64,000 nucleotides of DNA from Chrysomallon squamiferum. Lineage: Eukaryota; Animalia; Mollusca. Below the pieces are notes generated by a model that was not told the origin of the DNA, searched no databases, and saw nothing but the letters and a program-made list of their open reading frames with translations. The stretch spans positions 1,116,001-1,180,000 of the forward strand of contig CM022674.1 in NCBI GenBank assembly GCA_012295275.1, in the 5' to 3' direction. The position numbers and the translations under genes are program-made. Below are positions 29,508-42,938 of the stretch, one piece after another. The stretch's first letter is position 1. Every line of letters begins with the position of its first letter.

Positions 29508-32500
29508 TAAATTTTACCTGTAAATAGTTCTCCAGCCAAATAATGGCCTTCATGTCCAACATGTTTGTCGGTTCTAAACAAATCAAATAAAAGAAATATA
29601 TAGTTTGCATAACCTCATATATACAGAATATCAAAAATTTGTTATATCAATCTCAAGTTAATTTATTCAGTTAATCTAAATTTACTATTTTTGTATTACT
29701 TACCATCCAAAAGTAATAAATCTGGTCTGAAAAATAAAAATAAATTTGTTGTCATTAAAATGAGAATAATGTGTTTTCTTCATTTATTTATAAAAGTGCC
29801 ACAGATTTTAAGTTGTCTGTACAATATTCTAAAAACATGTTAAAAAACTAAATGTTATTATGTATTAATTTTTATAACAATTACAACAAAAAAGAACACT
29901 TCTATGCCATTACAGATATATCAGTTACATCATCAATTAACAACTAAATTATTTTTATAAATTATGCTATTTCTTATAGATTAAACTGAAAAAGGACAAA
30001 CCCTTTGATGTAATTAACAAATAAGTATATAAGTAAGAAACTAAATAAATAAAGAAAAATATAAATAAATAAATAAATAAATAAATAAATTAAATAAATA
30101 AATAAATAAATAAACAAACAAATAAATAAATAAACATAAATGGATAAATAAATAAATAATAACAAATAAACAAATAAATAAACATAAATAGTTAAATAAA
30201 TATAAATAAATAAATAAATAAATAAACAATAAATAAATAAATATAAATAAATAAACAAACAAAGGGAAATAACTCACCTAGAAAACAAAGCTCTAGCCAA
30301 AGCAAGTCGCATTCTCCAGCCACCTGAAAATTCTCTGAAATAAAAAAATAAAAAAATTACTGATTATTTTTAACACTTAAAATTAAATACTAATAAATTC
30401 CAGCTATAAACAATATTTTTTTTAAATTTAAAATATCAGACAAATATAATCAACATAAAAAAAATTATTAACATATAAAAAAACATGTAGTAACACACAG
30501 TTGTAAAATAAAATACAAATTTTCAATAATTTTGAAATTCTTTCTACTGAATTCAACATTATCATAAACATCCAGAACAGAGAAATCTGTTTCTGCACAT
30601 TATATCAGTCCATATCTCGATATTTATCATTTCTACATATCTTGTCTATCAACCTATTTATCTGTCTTTTTTTCAGTCTGTCTGTCTGTCTATACATCCA
30701 TCCCTACATAAATCAGTGAGTACCCAAAATATTTTAACAGCCTGTAAGTTAATCTATAAAGAAGATGTAGCTATAAAATAACGTGTAACGTTTGAGTCTT
30801 CTAGTAATGTTTTCTTTTTATAAATCTCTGTAACTATCTAAGTATTTACCTGGGTTTTTTATAAATCTCTGTAACTATCTAAGTATTTACCTGGGTTTTT
30901 TTATAAATCTCTGTAACTATCTAAGTATTTACCTGGGTTTTTTTATAAATCTCTGTAACTATCTAAGTATTTACCTGTTTTTTTTATAAATCTCTGTAAC
31001 TATCTAAGTATTTACCTGTTTTTTTTTATAAATCTCTGTAACTATCTAAGTATTTACCTGGGTTTTTTATAAATCTCTGTAACTATACCTGGGTTTTTAT
31101 AAATCTCTGTAACTAAGTATGTACCTGGGTTTTTAAACCCTCTGCTTAAAATCTCTGTAATCTCTGTAGTCCTATAAGTATGTACCTGGTTTTTTTTTAT
31201 ATGTACCTGGGTTTTTTACCTGTTTGTTTTTTGAAAATCTCTGTAACTATCTAAGTATTTACCTGGGTTTTTACAAATTTACCTGGGTTTTTTTTTTGTA
31301 ATAAATATGTACCTGGGTTTTTATAAATCTCTGTAACTATCTATTTACCTGTTTGTTTTTTGAAAATCTCTGTAACTATTTACCTGGGTTTTTTCTGTAA
31401 CTAAGTATGTACCTGGGTTTTTATAAATCTCTGTAACTAAGTATGTACCTGGGTTTTTATAAATCTCTGTAACTATCTAAGTATTTACCTGGGTTTTTTA
31501 TAAATCTCTGTAACTATCTAAGTATTTACCTGTTGTTTTTTATAAATCTCTGTAACTATCTAAGTATGTACCTGGTAGGGCGTGACTGCCCCTCGGATGA
31601 GAAACCGAGCCCAGCCAGGATGACAGCAGCTCTGGCAGGGGCTTTTTCTGCCTCCATCTCCTCCAGTTCTTTGTAGACTTCGTGGAGTCGCGTGGAAAGG
31701 TCCTTGTCAGAGGATGATGGACTGATTGAAACACAAGAACAATTCTGACTGATTGAAACACACAAGAATGATTCTGACTGATTGAAACACACAGTTTGTA
31801 TCAGAACTCATCAATAAAGTTAATTCACAACACAACATTCATTCATTAACTGCACATCAGAAAGAGGGATAGAGGTACGACAACGAATGAGATGATAAAA
31901 TTAATAAAAATAATAAAATGACGACACAGAAATATCACCTAAATTGTCAAAAGCTGGATATATTTTGTTTTCATATTTTTTTTTTATTAATCATCTCTGC
32001 TATTTATTTTTAGTAAACAGAACATAAATGTGTAACTTGTAAAGAAATGATTCTTGCTATATTATTACCTTGAAAAATTCAGTTATACAGAAATGATTCT
32101 TGATACATTATTACCTTGAAAAATTCAGTTAATGCAGAAATGATTCTTGCTATGTTATTACCTTGACGAGTTCAGTTTGGCCGCAATGTCTTTCTCCTCT
32201 TTGAGTAGAGACTCGCGTTTTATGTCACACTCCAGGACACTCTGCAGGGCGGGCGTGTCATCCCCCACCACTTCCTGTTCGACATGCAGAATTGTGATGT
32301 GTGACGGAATCTTCAACTGTCCACTGGCAAAACAACGTCACATAAAAACATATTCATTAGCATATAACAATGGGTAGTAGTGAAGGTAAGGGTCTGTCCA
32401 TTTATTAGACAGAAAGACAGATTATATAAATGCTTGTAAATAAATATATGAACTGAGAGATAGACAGAAATAAAAAGAAGGTTAAATGTTTCTGATTTTA

Positions 32501-32700
32501 TACACAACAGTGACATAAGTAAATAGTGATTACCTACCCAGCTATCATTTTTAACAGAGTTGTCTTTCCCAAACCATTTCGTCCAATTAAACCATAACGT
32601 CTACCAGCCATTAGGTAAATACTCGCACCGGACAAAAGAACTCTTTTGTGAGGAAAAAATAAAAAAAGATAATAATATAAACATTGGATTAAAAAAGAAT

Positions 32701-32732
<32 letters not shown>

Positions 32733-35700
32733 CTATATATATACATACACATAAAAGAAATTGTCCTCAAAATGATGAAGCATTATTATCAGCAAGGAAA
32801 ACACTAGAAAAATTTAATTTTAAAAAAGAAAAATCTAATTAGTAAAAATATATATTTATTTTATACCTCATATGAATATACACACAATTAAAGTACATAT
32901 GTAAATTATACAAACCAGTATATAAAAACCCCCACAAACACATGCTTTTGAGTTTTAAAACAAATAATAAAAAATAATAAAAAGCACCAAAGAAATAACA
33001 GCTGAGAATCATGACTGATGGTAAAGACTACAAATAAGCAAACTCAGTGATGAAGCAATGTTTGATACCTTTCTCCAAAAGCAATATCGAAGTCTTCAAT
33101 TCGTATGTCGTAATTTCTGTTGACCCCGGACGCGTCCAGTTTGGCATCTTTCCGGTTGATCTGCTGGCTGGCTGTGGCCAACATACTGAAGAGGAAAAAA
33201 AGATAAGAAAAGAAAATATATTAATATAATAAAAAGATTTCTGAAAAAAAATGAAATCCTCACTTGAATTTTTATCAAAATTTATTTATTAATAATAATA
33301 ATAGTGTTGTTTTCGAGAGGGGGTTTTTTGTTTGTTTTTTGTAGTATTTATAAAAAATAAAAAAATAAATAATAAAAATAGAAAATGCAATTTATTCTAT
33401 TTGTTCCCACAAACATAAATAGAAGTCTTGAAGAATATTAAAACAACAACAACAACAACAACAACAAGAATAATAAAGAAAATAGTCACTAGAAAGGATA
33501 TTCAATATATTCATGTTATTTGTACAAAGCACCATATGTACTTTTAATAAGTAAATAAATAAATAAATATCTCTAAAGTAATAAAGAAATCTCTACAAAC
33601 TAATTGCAAAATATAATTAGGATTTCTGGAAGTAGGAAAATTTACAAAATTATTCTCAAACAATCTATGAAGACATCTGTATAAAATGCTTTATTCTGTA
33701 CAATAACGGAAACAACAAATAACATTTAGACTAACAACAGATATTATTTTAAACATCACTGATTGCTACATTAAATTGTTTTACCTTTCAGGTGTTTTAG
33801 TTTCAGGAGTGGGTTCTGTTTTCTTCCCAAGTTTTTTCTGTCTTTGTGCCTCGGCCTTCTCTAGCTTCTTTTTATCCACTTTCTGAAAATATCACATAAA
33901 ATATGCAAATTAAATTTCAAATGCTGGGTATCCTGGAATCCTTATTGGAAAAAAAAAAAAAGTTCTAATGGTAACATATACAATTCATAACACCCTTCAA
34001 AATTTAAATCATTATATAACAAATGAATAAAAGAGATGTCACTTTTCTATTTTATATCTTTGCTTGTATTTAAACCGGTTGGCCAATTAACTTCCACATT
34101 TATAAATATTCTTATGCTCATTGTTTGAAAATTACTTTCAAACAAAAATGTTCAGTGAAGCAGCTTCTAACGGGTTTTTCTCAAGCATGAAACTCAAAAA
34201 ACAAAGACGGCTTTCAATTCAGTAAAACGAATTTAATTTTTTCCCCAACTTTTTGGGAGCATGTCAAGAGATTTTATTTCAGTTATTCTCACCAGCTCAC
34301 TTTCTTTCTTCTTCAGCCAGATGCTGTTGTTGGCGTCATTGAGTTTCTCGTAGGCCTCAGCCATGGATCCCAAATTAACTGGAGCATCCAGAATTCTGCG
34401 ATGGTTGTTCTTCTCATTCTCTGGTATGATTTTGTTATTGAAACCACTAAAACAAATTAAAAAAATATAAATATAATTAATAATGATATAAATAATAATA
34501 ATAAGTAATAATAACTCTAAGTTATAAAATTTAAATAAATAAATAATCTATTTTAGTGACTTTTCTTTATTCACTTAACGAAAATTAGTCTTTTTTAATT
34601 GTATAAAGTATGAAATATTTTTATGCGGAGTATTATTTTCAAGTATTAATATTTGGCTGAAAAGTAGTTTTTTTAATAATTATTTTGTTGGTAGGAGTGT
34701 AAAAACAGTGCCACTATTTACATCTAAATATTTCTTTTTAATAATTAGTTTTTAAATAAATAAGAACTTAAAAACTTAATTATTAAAAATAAATATCCAC
34801 CTGATAGCTAGTAAGAAAATATTTTCTCTCTATTTAAAACAAAGAAAAATCTTGTATACTAGATTTAAAAAAACAAAACAATAATAACAAATTACATTTA
34901 TTAAAATAATATTTTTCTGATGATTTTTAAAATAAAAACTGGAAACGTAGCTCCGTTACATACACAAAAAAGATCATTTTAATAAATACTTAAATTCTTA
35001 CTCAAAGAGCTGTCTAATAATTATTAAGGTTTTAAAATACAGAGACATGTATTAAACAAAACACACTGCGCTTTATCCCTGCACATTATATATATATGTG
35101 TGTGTGCATGTATTATGTTTTCTTAATTTAAATTCGTATTAAAAACTTACAAGTTCACAATGGAGTAGAGTCGATCACAAATATCTTTAATGTCATCCTC
35201 AGATTTGCCTTCGTCTGCTTGGAGAAGCATCAACCCAATAGCATCAAAAAGTTCTTCTGCAGATTCAAAGTCATCTTTCGCATCTTCCAGCAAACCTGAT
35301 CAGCAAAAACACAATTTGATTATAAATCTGTCGGTCAAAAAGCAAAAATGTACATGCAAACAACAAATTTTTTATAATTAAAAATAAAAATATAAATAGA
35401 TGATATATATATTATTTTTTTGTTCAAGAGCAAAAATATAACCTGACAATAAATCTTTTTTATTATTATTAAAAATAAAAATATAACTAGATAATCAAGT
35501 ATTTTTGTTAAAAACAAAAATGTAACTTGATGATAAATCTTTTTGTTAAAACGCAAAATTAAAGTAGATTATAAATCTACCTAAGAGAGAGAGAGAATTG
35601 GCTCTATTTATATTATTTGAATATAATAATTAATTTTCATCAAAACCGTAACCATAATGCTAAATGAATTAATCAACTTTATCATGTTCATGCATTTTGA

Positions 35701-35779
35701 AGATTTTTCTAATCACTAATGGTAATGCAGTAACCGAGTAAATTGAGTAATGTAAATTATTTCTAAATGTGGTTTCTTC

Positions 35780-35843
<64 letters not shown>

Positions 35844-36122
35844 CGCACTGATTACATTTTCCATGATAGAGTTAGAACCTACAATAATGACGTATTCAGC
35901 ATGAAAAAAATGACAAAACGAAAATACGTTCCACCGGGTCATATAATTACAAGGTTACGTTGGGAAAATGTTTTCAGAACGATGTAATCTGAATACCGAT
36001 GAGTAAATATAAAACTAATTTAAATATTCAGAATCGTATATATACAGACCATTAACGTAATCCGATATTTCATGATCAATATTTGGAAACGCACTACTTA
36101 AAAGTTCTTTACAAGCTGACAT
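24330..36122 (-). CDS. ABCF3: ATP-binding cassette sub-family F member 3 (GCN20 orthologue), 19 coding exons, ~716 aa if one missing base in exon 12 is restored
   Basis: Exons read by hand in transcript order: 36050-36122, 35151-35295, 34293-34446, 33785-33882, 33069-33185, 32538-32642, 32162-32323, 31572-31721, 30278-30334, 29704-29726, 29518-29573, 28794-28993, 28386-28462, 27834-27878, 27357-27486, 26467-26647, 25783-25915, 25206-25293, 24330-24485. Phases are consistent except for the exon-12 frameshift. The N-terminus [27 protein letters not shown] resembles ABCF3. NBD1 motifs: [29 protein letters not shown]. Linker: [40 protein letters not shown]2 motifs: [34 protein letters not shown]. 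No transmembrane domain. Confidence 0.96.
25608..25797 (-). repeat. 14-bp repeats (CTGTGAGTAAGTCA) plus a 98-bp duplication of the ABCF3 exon-17 donor
   Basis: Seven ACTTACTCAC copies on the plus strand; GAGCATGTCCAA|GTGAGTA at both 25782 and 25684. Confidence 0.9.
30818..31575 (-). repeat. ~36-41-bp minisatellite containing the ABCF3 exon-8 donor in each unit
   Basis: Plus-strand unit TATAAATCTCTGTAACTATCTAAGTATTTACCTGGGTTTTT abuts the exon end at 31572. Confidence 0.95.
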
Positions 36123-37535
36123 GCTTAATAAACAAAATTTTCGATTTGTTACGCCTACCTTATAGTGTAGTGCAATATTACTAACACCATCTACGGAGTA
36201 CCAGTTAACAGGAAATCGAAGTAGACAATAAAACCCGATAAAAAGTTAACTTCTAACATGAAACCATACATATAGAAACGTTCCTTTTATGAAATAATAA
36301 AACTTGTTATTATATTTTTAAGAATTATATTTAATTTTTGTGCTGCAGGATGATTGAGGGTAAATGAGTTATTCATTTATATGTATTTAATATATATTTT
36401 TGTCAACTATTATTAAGTGTCAAATTGTTTTGGAAAGATAATGCAGGACAGAAAAAAATTATATATTTCTAATAAAATAAATATGTAAATAAGCATGAAA
36501 ATAAATAAAACCGGAAAAATACATAACTAGGAAGGGGATAAAGGATGGACTGACTACTGTTGTCTTCGATGTGTATGTAGGTGCCTCAGTACACTGATTT
36601 GCCCGGTAACCTATAATATGTGGTTAAGACGGTCGTGCTAAAATAAAGTAAAATAAAACTAAATCAACATGATAATACCTAAATACGTAAGTTACTAGCT
36701 ATATGCATGAATGAATTAATTATTGATAACTGTTTTATAACTGTCTACACTGAAATGTAAAACAAAAACTGTTTTGGATAAGAGTATGAGCGAAATCTGA
36801 GGGCAAAGATCATATACGTGACCTGAAAATGTGTTTAAAATGTCTTAATAATAAAGTCGACTGACAGTACTCTCTTGATTAAAATTCAAATAAGATCGAA
36901 CTCAGGTACATATTATCATCATCATCATTGTTCTTGTATCGTTATTGTGGTTATTGTTGCTGTTACTGTTTTTGTTGTTGTAATTATTATTGTTATTAAT
37001 AGTTACAGTTGTCATCATCATTATTATTATTACTACTACTACTACTAGTACTAGTGCTACTACTACTACCATTACCGCTGCTGCTACTATTGTTGTTGTT
37101 GTTGTTGTGGTTGTTACTGTTGCTTTGCTGCTGCTGTTGTTGTCGTCGTCATCATCATTATTATTATTACTACTACTACCATTACCGCTGCTGCTACTAT
37201 TATTGTTGTTGTTGTTGTGGTTGTGGTTGTTACTGTTGCTTTGCTACTGCTGTTGTTGTTGTCGTCATCATCATCTTTAACGTGGTGCCCTAATGTATGA
37301 GGATCCACGATTCCACAAAAAAAAAAATAAGATAAAATAATTAAAGACTTATTATTTATTTACTTACTTGTTTTTTGTGTTTGTTTATTTTTTATTTTTT
37401 TATTTTTTATTTTTTATTTCCTGGGGGTTTGTTTCTCTGTTTTCTGCTTTAATTTTCATTTTATTTATTTATTTATTTCCTTTTTATTCTTTTTTTTTTA
37501 AAGTATTTTTTTTTTTTTTTTTTTATTATTATTAT

Positions 37536-37566
<31 letters not shown>

Positions 37567-38458
37567 GTTGTTGTTGTTGTTGTTTTGAGTGATTTCTTCA
37601 AAATCTATGCAAAAATGTTTAAAAATAAAGGTAATACGATATTGCGTCATCTGGCCATAATTTATATAAACAAAAATAATAATAATAATAATAGCAATAA
37701 TAAAAAAAATAATGTTGTTGGTTCGATTTATAACAAATTTTAACCCTTTTAAAAACACAAACAGAAAAAAGAAGAAGAAAATAAAATAAAAAGAAAGGAG
37801 GTGAAAAAAAAAAACAAATGAAAAAAAAAAAAAAATAATAATAATTTCCTTCCAGTAATTTTCTTCAATCAACTGCACAGTCGCAGTGTTACGAACGTAA
37901 TTATAATTTATCAGTGTAGGTTAGTGCTTAACGCATATTATCTTTTTTGTACGAGTATAAAACAGAGCGTGCTAAAAATAGAACTCCGCGCGTAACACGT
38001 GTTCTAATTAAAGCTTATCCGCTCGAAACATATGGTACACTCCCCCTTCACGAACGAAAGTACACGTAAGTACCTATGTAAAGAAGTATTCTTAATACAG
38101 GTGCATGTTACGACTCGTTCTGTGTGAACATTATAGCTACATCGACACTTAATGTTCATTAAGACTGCCGTATGGTTGTTTTTTTCATATCGTAAGAGTT
38201 AAGTATTGTTAACTTTTAGAATTCGTTAATTATATTCCCGGCTTTCGTGCTGTTTGACAAACACACACAAACACCGCCGTGTCGTCCTGTAAGTGCGCAT
38301 GTCTGTTTTCTAGTGATCTAAATAGGTCATCGTTTAGAATGAACATGTATACAGTTTATAAGACATGTCTTGTTTGACAATAAATAAATTAGTAAATACG
38401 ATAAAAATATACTTTTGATTAGTTCATAATGATTGTCTGTTGTCGTTTTGTTTTCGAT

Positions 38459-38490
<32 letters not shown>

Positions 38491-38970
38491 ATATTTATTA
38501 CAAAACTAGATACATCCTTTATATATATGTGAAAAATATATAATATACATAAACAGGTACTTACATATACACATAAACATACATGCACACACGTTCATAT
38601 AAATACAAATAAATTACATAAATATCGATCATATTACATACCAAAATATATATATTATTAGTTTTTGATTGAAGCAAATAAAATGTAAATTATAAATATC
38701 TGTATGTGTGTGTATTTCAAAGACAGAGTAAAAACGTACACAAGTAAGAAATGCACTCATGTTTATGTAGATTATACGTAAGTATGACTGTGTGTTAGTT
38801 AGACGTAAACTGCGCTAAATTAAAGTGTTTTGTCAATGGTTATGTCACAGCGATGTTATGAAAGCGATGATTGTTCGGTATTCAGGTAAATCTAATAATA
38901 ACAGGACGGTAACAGATGGCTAAAGTTTCAGAACTAACTCAAGAGTACGATTCGAGTTAACGAGTGTATA

Positions 38971-39004
<34 letters not shown>

Positions 39005-39070
39005 CTGTATGTGTGTGTGTGTGACTGGGTGTATATATGTACACACTCACGTGTATATATATATGTATAT

Positions 39071-39155
<85 letters not shown>

Positions 39156-39748
39156 GTATGTGTTTATATCTGTGTTTATATCTGTGTTTATATCTGTGTG
39201 TGTGTCGTGTATGTGTGTGCATGACAGTGTATGTATGGATGTGTGTATGTGTGTTCAGTTAAAGCTAGGATAAGGCGAAATGTATCTCAGAATTAATTCT
39301 CTGTAATTTACCGTTCATCACAACTGATTTATCAAATGACGTAATATATTTTTTTTCCAGTCTGTGAGTACGTCCTTAGAAAACATCATTTTCTGCTAAC
39401 CAAAACAGTAGAATAGATACATGCAGTCAAAGAAGTGGCTTTGAATGATTTCGACTCCAACCGGAGTTTTATACTGAATATTACAGATCCTACCTGATTT
39501 TAATCTTTGTTTTAATAATTGTATTTATCTGTAATATTTGAATATGTGTTTAGTTCTTTACACTGTGTTTTAATTTAACTGTTGAATTTTGTTTCGATGT
39601 TAGTCTGTCGTTGAATATAATAGTTCTATTCTTTCTTCCTATATTTGTTTCTATTTTTTTTAACTTTATTTATTTATTTATTATTATTTTTTTTTTTTTC
39701 CATCTTAGATTTCTTTATAAATACACATTTTTGTGAGCGCCGCAGAAA
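36123..39748. promoter_or_regulatory. Divergent intergenic/5' region shared by ABCF3 and the CAT gene
   Basis: Lies between two head-to-head start codons 3.6 kb apart. Transcription starts cannot be determined from sequence. Confidence 0.6.
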
Positions 39749-42700
39749 ATGACCATATATGGCTTCCTCAAAAAGCTAGTTCGAAGAAAGGTCATTGACT
39801 TCTGCGAAGACACTGCGCTTGCGCGAGTCTTGACGACATTTGACCTCGTCGGCTTAGGTAAGTTTCGTTTGGCGGGAATAAGACAGTAAATTAAATTAAA
39901 TTAAATTAAAGCGATCGTATTAGGAATATAAATAACTGTTACAGTTATGTATCATCTGTAATGTTTTGACGTTCACTGGAGTGGAACGGTTAATGTTTTA
40001 AATATCATGTCATTGTGATTCGGGAGACATTATTCGTGACGTCATAAATCAGAATGAGTTAAAAGGGTTTTTCTAACATCAGCATAAATATTTATTTATA
40101 TTTAATTTTACATAAATTTAGGTATACTTATTACTTAACCTAATTTATTCTTAACATAAATTCCTAGAGGAATAATTAAATGATGTTATTGTTACAGTAT
40201 TTCACGTGCATGTTTTTTTTTTTGTTTTTTTTTTCAGGAATTGGCAGTACTTTAGGGGCGGGTATTTACGTAGTCGCTGGACAGGTAGCGAAACAGACCG
40301 CGGGTCCGTCCGTCGTTCTGTCTTTCTTCATCGCAGCAGTCGCATCCATTTTAGCAGGTGATTAAACGTTTCTCTTTTCTTCTTTCACTTCGTGAACCCT
40401 GAACTGCGTTAAAAACACGACAAGACATGGTTTTTAAAGATAAAAATTAAATTAAAAAAAACAAAACAAAACAACAGTTGTCATTAAATTTTCATAATTT
40501 AGTACTGAACTATCAGAAATAAATTCTCGATTATTTCAGTTCATACAAATAATTTTATTATAAAATGAAAATTTTGACTTTGTTTTTGTTTCAGATTGAT
40601 TGAATTTCGAAAGTAATGTTGTTGTTTTTTTCTTTTCTTTTCTCTGAGCATTGATTAATACGAGTTACTATTGTTGTATTTGGTTTTTAAAAATAAATTA
40701 TAATTAATTATAGTTTTGTTTCTTTATCTCTTGAATTATATATTATAAGTTTAATTAATTAATTTATTTGTTTGTTTGTCTCATTATTGTTGTTTTCACC
40801 ACAGTTATTATTACAACTATTACTACAGCTATTACCATTATTATTTCTATTATTATTATTATCGATACTGTTGCTATCTATTCATTCGTTTATTTATTTA
40901 TTTACATATTTTTTGTTTTGTTTGTTTGTGTGTTTGTTTGTTTACTTTTGTTTTAACCGTTGCTGGAATATATTTCTTGTGCATAAAATAACGCGCGTGA
41001 TTGTGTATTTGCGCATGCGTTTCTGGTGTATGTTGTATTTTGTTGACTGGAATGATTACAAAGAAATCTATTCTTCTTGAATTACACAAACACACATTGC
41101 AATGATTGAGTCTTTATCGTTTTTACTATTTTATATAACCGACCATCAATGCACTTTTATACATAATTTATTAGATATATGCATAGACTGTTTCCATTAG
41201 TAATGCAGTGTCTGTCGTATGCCTGATATTCAAAAGTTAAGGCATGTGCTGTCTTGCTGCTAAATTGAAATTTTTGAATATCTTTTGTCATCATAATATC
41301 AGAATAATAATAATTAACATAGAAATTTCGCTATCTGATGTGATAATGTAACATTTTGCTATTGCCGAATAAACTGAGAGAGTGAAAAATGAACTTGATA
41401 AACAGAGTAAATAACGTGTTTTGTTTACACAGGGGTCTGTTATGCAGAGTTCGCGGCTAGAGTACCAAAGGCAGGTTCTGCTTACGTGTACAGTTACGTC
41501 ACAGTCGGAGAATTCATTGCTTTCGTCATCGGCTGGAACCTCATTTTGGAATACGTTATTGGTATCAACACATTTATTGATTAGTTCTTATTAAAGATTA
41601 ACTGAAGATTAAGTCATCGATAAGAATTTTTTTTTTTTTTTTTTTTTACAATTATGTTTGGTAGGTCTTCTATTATTTTTATCAATTAAAGATTATTTTA
41701 TCGGTTAAAGATTATTTAATTTGTTATATGCTAATTAATTTATATTATTTGTGAACCTAAGATGAATTCGTTTCAAAAGATAATTTGTTTATTGATATTT
41801 TATTTATTTATTTATTTATTTTTAATTTTTACTCTTAATATTCATTCAATCATTCCATCACTTTTTATTTCTTTTCATTAATTTTTTCATTTTTCATTTT
41901 TTTCATTATTCTCTTTATTTTTTGTTCATTCATATTCCTCCTTCATTCATTTAATCATTTATTTCTTTTGTCCCTTCTTTTTTTTATTCATTCATTCATT
42001 CGTTCATTCATCCCTTCTCTCATTAATCTGCATTCATCCCTTCTTTTCATCCTTCACTTCACTCACCCACTCGTTAATTCTTTCAGGTACGGCCAGCGTG
42101 GCTAGGGCATGGAGTGCGTACTTTGACTCTCTCTTGGACTACAAAATCAAAAACTTTTTCAACTCCACTATGCCGATGCATGTACAGAGTCTTTCTGACT
42201 ACCCAGATTTCTTTGCGTTTGGAATAACTCTTTTGCTGACCGTCATTCTGGCTATAGGAGTGAAAGAATCGACGAGATTCAATAACATCTTCACCTGCGT
42301 GAATCTTCTGGTGGTCCTGTATGTGATAATATGCGGAGCTTTCAAATCTGACGTGCACAACTGGAATATCGATGCTAAAGAGGTGAGTTTCGGTTAACGG
42401 GATCGTAAATTTGAGGCTTACGATCCCCGATTTGTGAATAGGTTTTTTTTTTTTTTTTTTTTTTTTTCTCCCGTAAGATTTGGAATTATTTGTGGTGTTT
42501 GTCTGTTTGTTTGGTTATTTATTTGTTTGTTTGTTTGTTTCTTTCTTTCTTTATTTATTTATTTTGATCGTTCTTTCTTTTTTAATACATGTAGAAAATG
42601 TTCATTCTAGATCTTCACAGAAATAGCTTTCTTAAACATTTTTAAATAATGAGTTCTTCCGTCATTAAATCTTATGCATCGAGATGTTATTGTTAGAGTT

Positions 42701-42869
42701 ATTATTATCATCATCATTATCATTACTATTATTATTATTATTATTATTGTTACTATTATTATTACTATTATTATTATTATTATTATTATTATTTTTATCA
42801 TCATTACTATTATTATTATGATTATTATTATTATCATTACTATTATTATTATCATTACTATTATTATTC

Positions 42870-42938
<69 letters not shown>

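Noticed and set aside
38076-38089. 14-nt match to part of miR-1 (ATGTAAAGAAGTAT)
   Set aside because: The 5' seed (GGAATG) is absent and no convincing hairpin partner is visible.
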